Below are positions 60,047-64,000 of a stretch of 64,000 nt of DNA, piece by piece; position 1 is the first letter of the stretch, and the number at the start of each line of letters is the position of its first letter. The notes below the pieces were generated by a model. That model ran no database searches, was not told where the DNA came from, and saw nothing but the letters and a program-made list of their open reading frames with translations. The stretch comes from Nitrospirota bacterium (GTDB taxonomy: Bacteria; Nitrospirota; Nitrospiria; Nitrospirales; Nitrospiraceae), in the NCBI GenBank assembly GCA_963701855.1, contig CAVPBK010000009.1, forward strand, positions 384,001-448,000, in the 5' to 3' direction. A program made the translations under genes and the position numbers.

Positions 60047-60361
60047 TTATGTGTTCGACTGCAGGGGGCGCCCGATCCGAAGCCGACAGCGGGCCATCCC
60101 CTCCCTCGCTTTGAGATTATTCGAGTCATCGGCTAACACAGCTTTCCAGTTGAAGAGGGCTTCTTCATATTGTCCCAGCTCTTCCAGTACCGAGGCGAGG
60201 TCACACCTGACCAGAATATCCCTCGGGCAGATAGTCAGGAGCTTCTCCAACCGTGCCGCTCGATCGACCCATGATTCAGTCAAATGGTTAGGGGACATTG
60301 AATCCGACGCTCCGGAGATCCTCTTGTTCATGTTTCTTCGACTCTTCCTTGTTTCTTTCAT
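60047..60361 (-). CDS. Small TPR protein
   Basis: DLASVLEELGQYEEAL..WKAVL...NLKAREG; start may be at 60331. Confidence 0.7.
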   Translation of the reverse strand: MKETRKSRRNMNKRISGASDSMSPNHLTESWVDRAARLEKLLTICPRDILVRCDLASVLEELGQYEEALFNWKAVLADDSNNLKAREGMARCRLRIGRPLQSNT

Positions 60362-60464
60362 TAATGCCAGAACTCACGACTGCCCAGGTCTTGCTTTCAT
60401 ATCTTCCCAATGATGATTTCAGGATCAGATGGCGCCTGAGAACAAGATCTTAACCATGAGTCAA

Positions 60465-60480
60465 TGCAGGGAGAATGCCG
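60465..60480 (-). promoter_or_regulatory. Sigma54 promoter of the TPR / Cu-protein / hyf operon
   Basis: Minus-strand CGGCATTCTCCCTGCA with GG-N10-GC spacing. Confidence 0.7.
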
Positions 60481-60585
60481 TGAACGGCTCGCCATGTATC
60501 AGCGCGCGCGGGTGAACGAAATTGCAGACTTAGGGTCTTGGTGTTGACGTCCACGAGGATCGGTACGACTCGCTGTCTCGACGCA

Positions 60586-60702
60586 TGCAAGATTTGCAGA
60601 TTTCGATCCAGTATTGGTGTAAGAAGGCTGCATTTCTTGCAGAGCCGGACACGATTCCCTATCGCGTAAGGATTCGGGCATCCTGACCATGCAAGATTTG
60701 CG
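60586..60702. promoter_or_regulatory. Three TGCA-N5-TGCA enhancer-like palindromes
   Basis: TGCAAGATTTGCA at 60586-60598, TGCATTTCTTGCA at 60629-60641 and TGCAAGATTTGCG at 60690-60702. Confidence 0.7.
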
Positions 60703-60760
60703 AATCAGCAGGGGGTGGGCTATTGAAAGATGTCTGAAACCGTGGAACGGAGAGAGGAGG

Positions 60761-62119
60761 TTAATCTCGGATGCCGTACTCCTTAATCTTATATTGAAGC
60801 GCCCGTAGGCTAATCCCTAAAAGTTTGGCAGCTCTTTCCCGGTGGTTTGTCACCTCTGCCAACGTGCGCCGAATCACGTTCAGCTCGATCTCTTCGAGGG
60901 AAGTCCCTAGCGTGACAAGCATGGTTCGAGAGTCTTCCTTGCTGGCCTGAATCTCTTCCGGCAAGTGTTCCGGCTGAATCGTCTTGTCACGGACTGTTAC
61001 CACCAACCGCTGCATGAGATTCCTGAGTTGACGAATGTTTCCGGGCCACCCATACAACCGCAAAAGCCGCATCGCTTCTTCTGATATGTCTTTCGGCTCA
61101 CGGTGATGCTGGGTAGCGCACTCTGTGAGAAACCGGTCTACCAGCAGGGGAATATCATCTGATCGATCCCGGATCGGCGGGAGGTGGATGGGCACGACAT
61201 TGAGCCGGTAGTAGAGGTCTTCTCGAAAGTCTCCTTGGTTGACTGCTTCTTCAAGATTACGATTGGTGGCGGCGATAATCCTGGTATCGACTTTGAGCAG
61301 CTTCGTTCCGCCCAGACGCCTGAATTCCTTCGTCTCCAACACTCGGAGAAAATCAACTTGCGACTTGAGGGACAGCTCGCCCACCTCATCCAACAACAGC
61401 GTGCCGCCATCGGCGAGTTCGAACCGCCCCATCTTGGTCATCGCGGCGCCGGTAAACGCGCCTTTTTCGTAGCCGAACAACTCGCTTTCGAAAAGATTGT
61501 CCGGTAGGGCCCCACAATTCATCGTGATGAACGGACCGATGGCTCTGGGGCTCTTATGGTGGATCGCCCTGGAAATGAGTTCCTTGCCGGTCCCGCTTTC
61601 TCCCGTCAGCAACACCGCGACATCGCTGTCCGCCACCATCTCCACCAGATTGTAGACCCGCTGCATCGGCTCGCTCTCGCCGACCATGTGATCGAGGCAC
61701 GCCCTGGTCTCGAGGCGATCCCGGAGCTGCTTGTTCTCGGTGGTTAACGCATGTCGCTCCAGCGCCTTGGCGATGACGAGGGGGAACCGTTCGCGATCGA
61801 TGGGCTTCGTAAGATAGTCATAGGCTCCACAGCGCATCGCCTCGACTGCCGTATCGATTGACCCGTAGGCGGTCATCACCACGACTTCCGTATCCGGCCA
61901 TCTGTCTTTGAGACGCCGCAAAAACTCCATACCCCCGATACCGGACATCCGGAGGTCGGTGATCACCAACTCCGCAGAGACCGCTTCCAGGCTCGCCAAC
62001 CCTTCCTCTGCCGTGGCCACTCCGCGTACCTGGTGCCCCTTCTTCTCGAGCATCGTGACCAACGCCCCTCGGATATTGATCTCGTCATCCACAACGAGAA
62101 TATTCTCGCGTGGTTTCAT
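60761..62119 (-). CDS. Sigma54-dependent response regulator (NtrC/AtoC family)
   Basis: Receiver domain, GESGTGKE, ESELFG..KGAFTGA, LLDEVGE, FREDLYYRL and C-terminal HTH. Confidence 0.96.
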   Translation of the reverse strand: MKPRENILVVDDEINIRGALVTMLEKKGHQVRGVATAEEGLASLEAVSAELVITDLRMSGIGGMEFLRRLKDRWPDTEVVVMTAYGSIDTAVEAMRCGAYDYLTKPIDRERFPLVIAKALERHALTTENKQLRDRLETRACLDHMVGESEPMQRVYNLVEMVADSDVAVLLTGESGTGKELISRAIHHKSPRAIGPFITMNCGALPDNLFESELFGYEKGAFTGAAMTKMGRFELADGGTLLLDEVGELSLKSQVDFLRVLETKEFRRLGGTKLLKVDTRIIAATNRNLEEAVNQGDFREDLYYRLNVVPIHLPPIRDRSDDIPLLVDRFLTECATQHHREPKDISEEAMRLLRLYGWPGNIRQLRNLMQRLVVTVRDKTIQPEHLPEEIQASKEDSRTMLVTLGTSLEEIELNVIRRTLAEVTNHRERAAKLLGISLRALQYKIKEYGIRD

Positions 62120-63513
62120 GAGATCATCGCCAAGGACTTCGCCTTCTCGGCTGCAACAGGAAACGTCAGCACCGTGGTGGTACCGATCCCCGGGGTGCTG
62201 GATACCTGGATGGTGCCACCATGATCTTCCATGATGCGATAGGCGATGGCGAGACCCAGACCGGTTCCGCTGGACTTTGTCGTGTAGAACGGTTCAAACA
62301 CCCGCGCGAGCTCTTCTTTCTTGATGCCGATTCCTGTGTCCTTCACCGACACAACGAGCCAGCGCGTGTCGTGGGCCTGACGGGCCTCGGCCACGACGCG
62401 GCAGAGGCCGCCGTTTGGCATGGCATGAAACGCATTGACGACGACATTCACCAGGACCTGACTGATGGCCGCCTCGTCGCCCAGAACGGACGGCAACGAT
62501 CCCTCCACCGCCTGTTCGAGACGGATCTTCCGTTCCTCCGCTTCGAATTGCATCAGCGCCATGATGTGCTCGATCAGGTCAGAGATGTTCACCTCGTGGA
62601 GGCCGACCGACCCAGGGCGGGCGAACTTCATGAAGTTGTCGAGAATGACTGAGAGGCGGTGGCATTCCGCGTTCAAGACATGGAGATAACGCGCTCCCTG
62701 TTCCGGCAGGGAACGCGCCTCCTTGAGTTCTTCTTCCAAGAGGTGGAGATTCAGGTCCATGGCACTCAGGGGATTCCGCAACTCATGGGCCACTCCCGCC
62801 GACAACGTGTGTAATGCGGCCAGCTTATCTGCGACGCGGACTCGTTGCTCGAGCGCAAGCCATTCGGTGACATCCTGAGCCTGCAGGATGACGCCGGCCG
62901 GTTCTGCATCGTCCCCTGTGAGCTTGGCTGTGCTCACCCGAATCGTGTGCGGGGTCCGGTCCTGGCTCTCATAGGGCAAATCTTTCTGACTGACATGTTG
63001 GTGACGCTTGAGTGCCCCTTCAAGCACTGCTCGGATGGTCTCTCCCCTGGCAAATACGGTTTCGTACGAATTCCCGAGCAAATCCGCCGCCGATCGTTTG
63101 AGGACTGCCTCCGCCGTTGGATTGATCACCGTGATTACTCCGTTGGGATTCACCGTGAGCACGCCGGTCGGAATGCTCTCAAGGATGTTCCGCGCCAGCC
63201 CCTTCACTTCTTCGAGTGTCCGTTTGGTGCTGTCGTAGTGGAGGAAGGTGATGACCGCCGCGATTCCGATCGCACTCACCAAAAATATCAGCACGGTGAC
63301 GACGATCAGATCGTAACGCGACCGCCACAGTGCGGGGAATAATTCTGTCGGAACGGCTTTGCCCTGTGTGAGCCCCTGGAGCAGCAGTTTCTCCTGCTCC
63401 AAACTAAAGAGCAAAATCACTGAGAGCACCAGGGCCAGGATCAGGACCACAGAGGCAATGAGCCTGTATGGAATCCTGCGAGAGAAGGCGGGTGTGGGGA
63501 TAGGCCTAAACAT
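62116..63513 (-). CDS. PAS sensor histidine kinase
   Basis: Two TMs, PAS, AHELRNPL, N box, DTGIGI, FEPFYTTK and GTGLGL. Confidence 0.95.
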   Translation of the reverse strand: MFRPIPTPAFSRRIPYRLIASVVLILALVLSVILLFSLEQEKLLLQGLTQGKAVPTELFPALWRSRYDLIVVTVLIFLVSAIGIAAVITFLHYDSTKRTLEEVKGLARNILESIPTGVLTVNPNGVITVINPTAEAVLKRSAADLLGNSYETVFARGETIRAVLEGALKRHQHVSQKDLPYESQDRTPHTIRVSTAKLTGDDAEPAGVILQAQDVTEWLALEQRVRVADKLAALHTLSAGVAHELRNPLSAMDLNLHLLEEELKEARSLPEQGARYLHVLNAECHRLSVILDNFMKFARPGSVGLHEVNISDLIEHIMALMQFEAEERKIRLEQAVEGSLPSVLGDEAAISQVLVNVVVNAFHAMPNGGLCRVVAEARQAHDTRWLVVSVKDTGIGIKKEELARVFEPFYTTKSSGTGLGLAIAYRIMEDHGGTIQVSSTPGIGTTTVLTFPVAAEKAKSLAMIS

Positions 63514-63670
63514 CTACATCAACTAGAACGGGAAAACATACTTTTTCATGTTAACACGCATGGTACAAGCTGTATACCCTGCGGCCTGGTCCTCAGCGAT
63601 AATGCTAGATGGTGTCTTATCCTAGGAGGACGCGCCGATCAACACCATCTCGATCGTCGAATTGCTCCTT

Positions 63671-64000
63671 GGTTTCAAACTTTTAACGCAACGAGGTGAT
63701 GAATGACCTCGCTAGGTTTCTGCCAGTGTAGCACGGCACGGGGACGGTCATTCAGCTCTCGCTGGACCCGCGTAATTTCCCGAGTCGAGACCTTGTTGCA
63801 CTCCGTCCCTTTCGGAAAGTACTGGCGGAGAAGGCCATTGGTGTTTGCATTCGTGCCTCGTTCCCACGGAGCACCGGGATGCGCGAAGTAGATGGTCATT
63901 CCGGTATCAATTGTGAACTGTTTGTGTTCGCTCAGCTCCTTGCCTTGATCATAGGTCAGGGTCTTCGTGATCTCCCGAGGCAACGATCTGAGTTCTTTCG
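63671..64000 (-). mobile_element. IS30-family element, right end (partial transposase and terminal inverted repeat)
   Basis: TLTYDQGKE, PWERGTNANTNGLLRQYFPKG and LNDRPR motifs; the ORF ends within GTTGCGTTAAAAGTTTGAAACC (63671-63692). Confidence 0.9.

Noticed and set aside
63560..63580. Possible sigma54 promoter for the kinase (minus-strand GGGTATACAGCTTGTA)
   Set aside because: The -12 element is GT rather than GC; too weak to call.

Overview
Bacterial chromosomal window of moderately high GC. Gene content and intergenic repeat style suggest a Nitrospira-like organism (inference, not a database result). From left to right: (1) a minus-strand operon of three enzymes without signal peptides (HExxE zincin-like protein, astacin-type metalloprotease, SGNH hydrolase running off the edge) near a Gabija-type defence pair; (2) a sigma54-type promoter ahead of a response regulator carrying an in-frame palindromic repeat insertion, an RND pump, an MFP and three tandem TolC-family genes; (3) a mosaic of gene remnants, lipoproteins, sthA, a DUF3365 c-type cytochrome and a MITE; (4) tex, a J-domain/ERCC4-nuclease fusion, trmL, TPR proteins, PilZ and a SAM-cyclase-STAND NTPase; (5) a stress cluster (rhodanese, SDR, pirin, exported catalase-like protein) with several pseudogenes; (6) a decayed second copy of the flanks that enclose Gabija, here holding different cargo; (7) an atypical glutamine synthetase bracketed by a 217-bp direct repeat, an MFS and a cyclophilin; (8) an Ehr (hyfBCEFGI-like) complex lacking Ni-Fe ligands, preceded by a putative copper protein, a sigma54-type promoter, three palindromic enhancer-like sites and a two-component system; (9) the end of an IS30-family element. 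I saw no tRNA, rRNA or CRISPR array. All family calls come from recognising motifs by eye.
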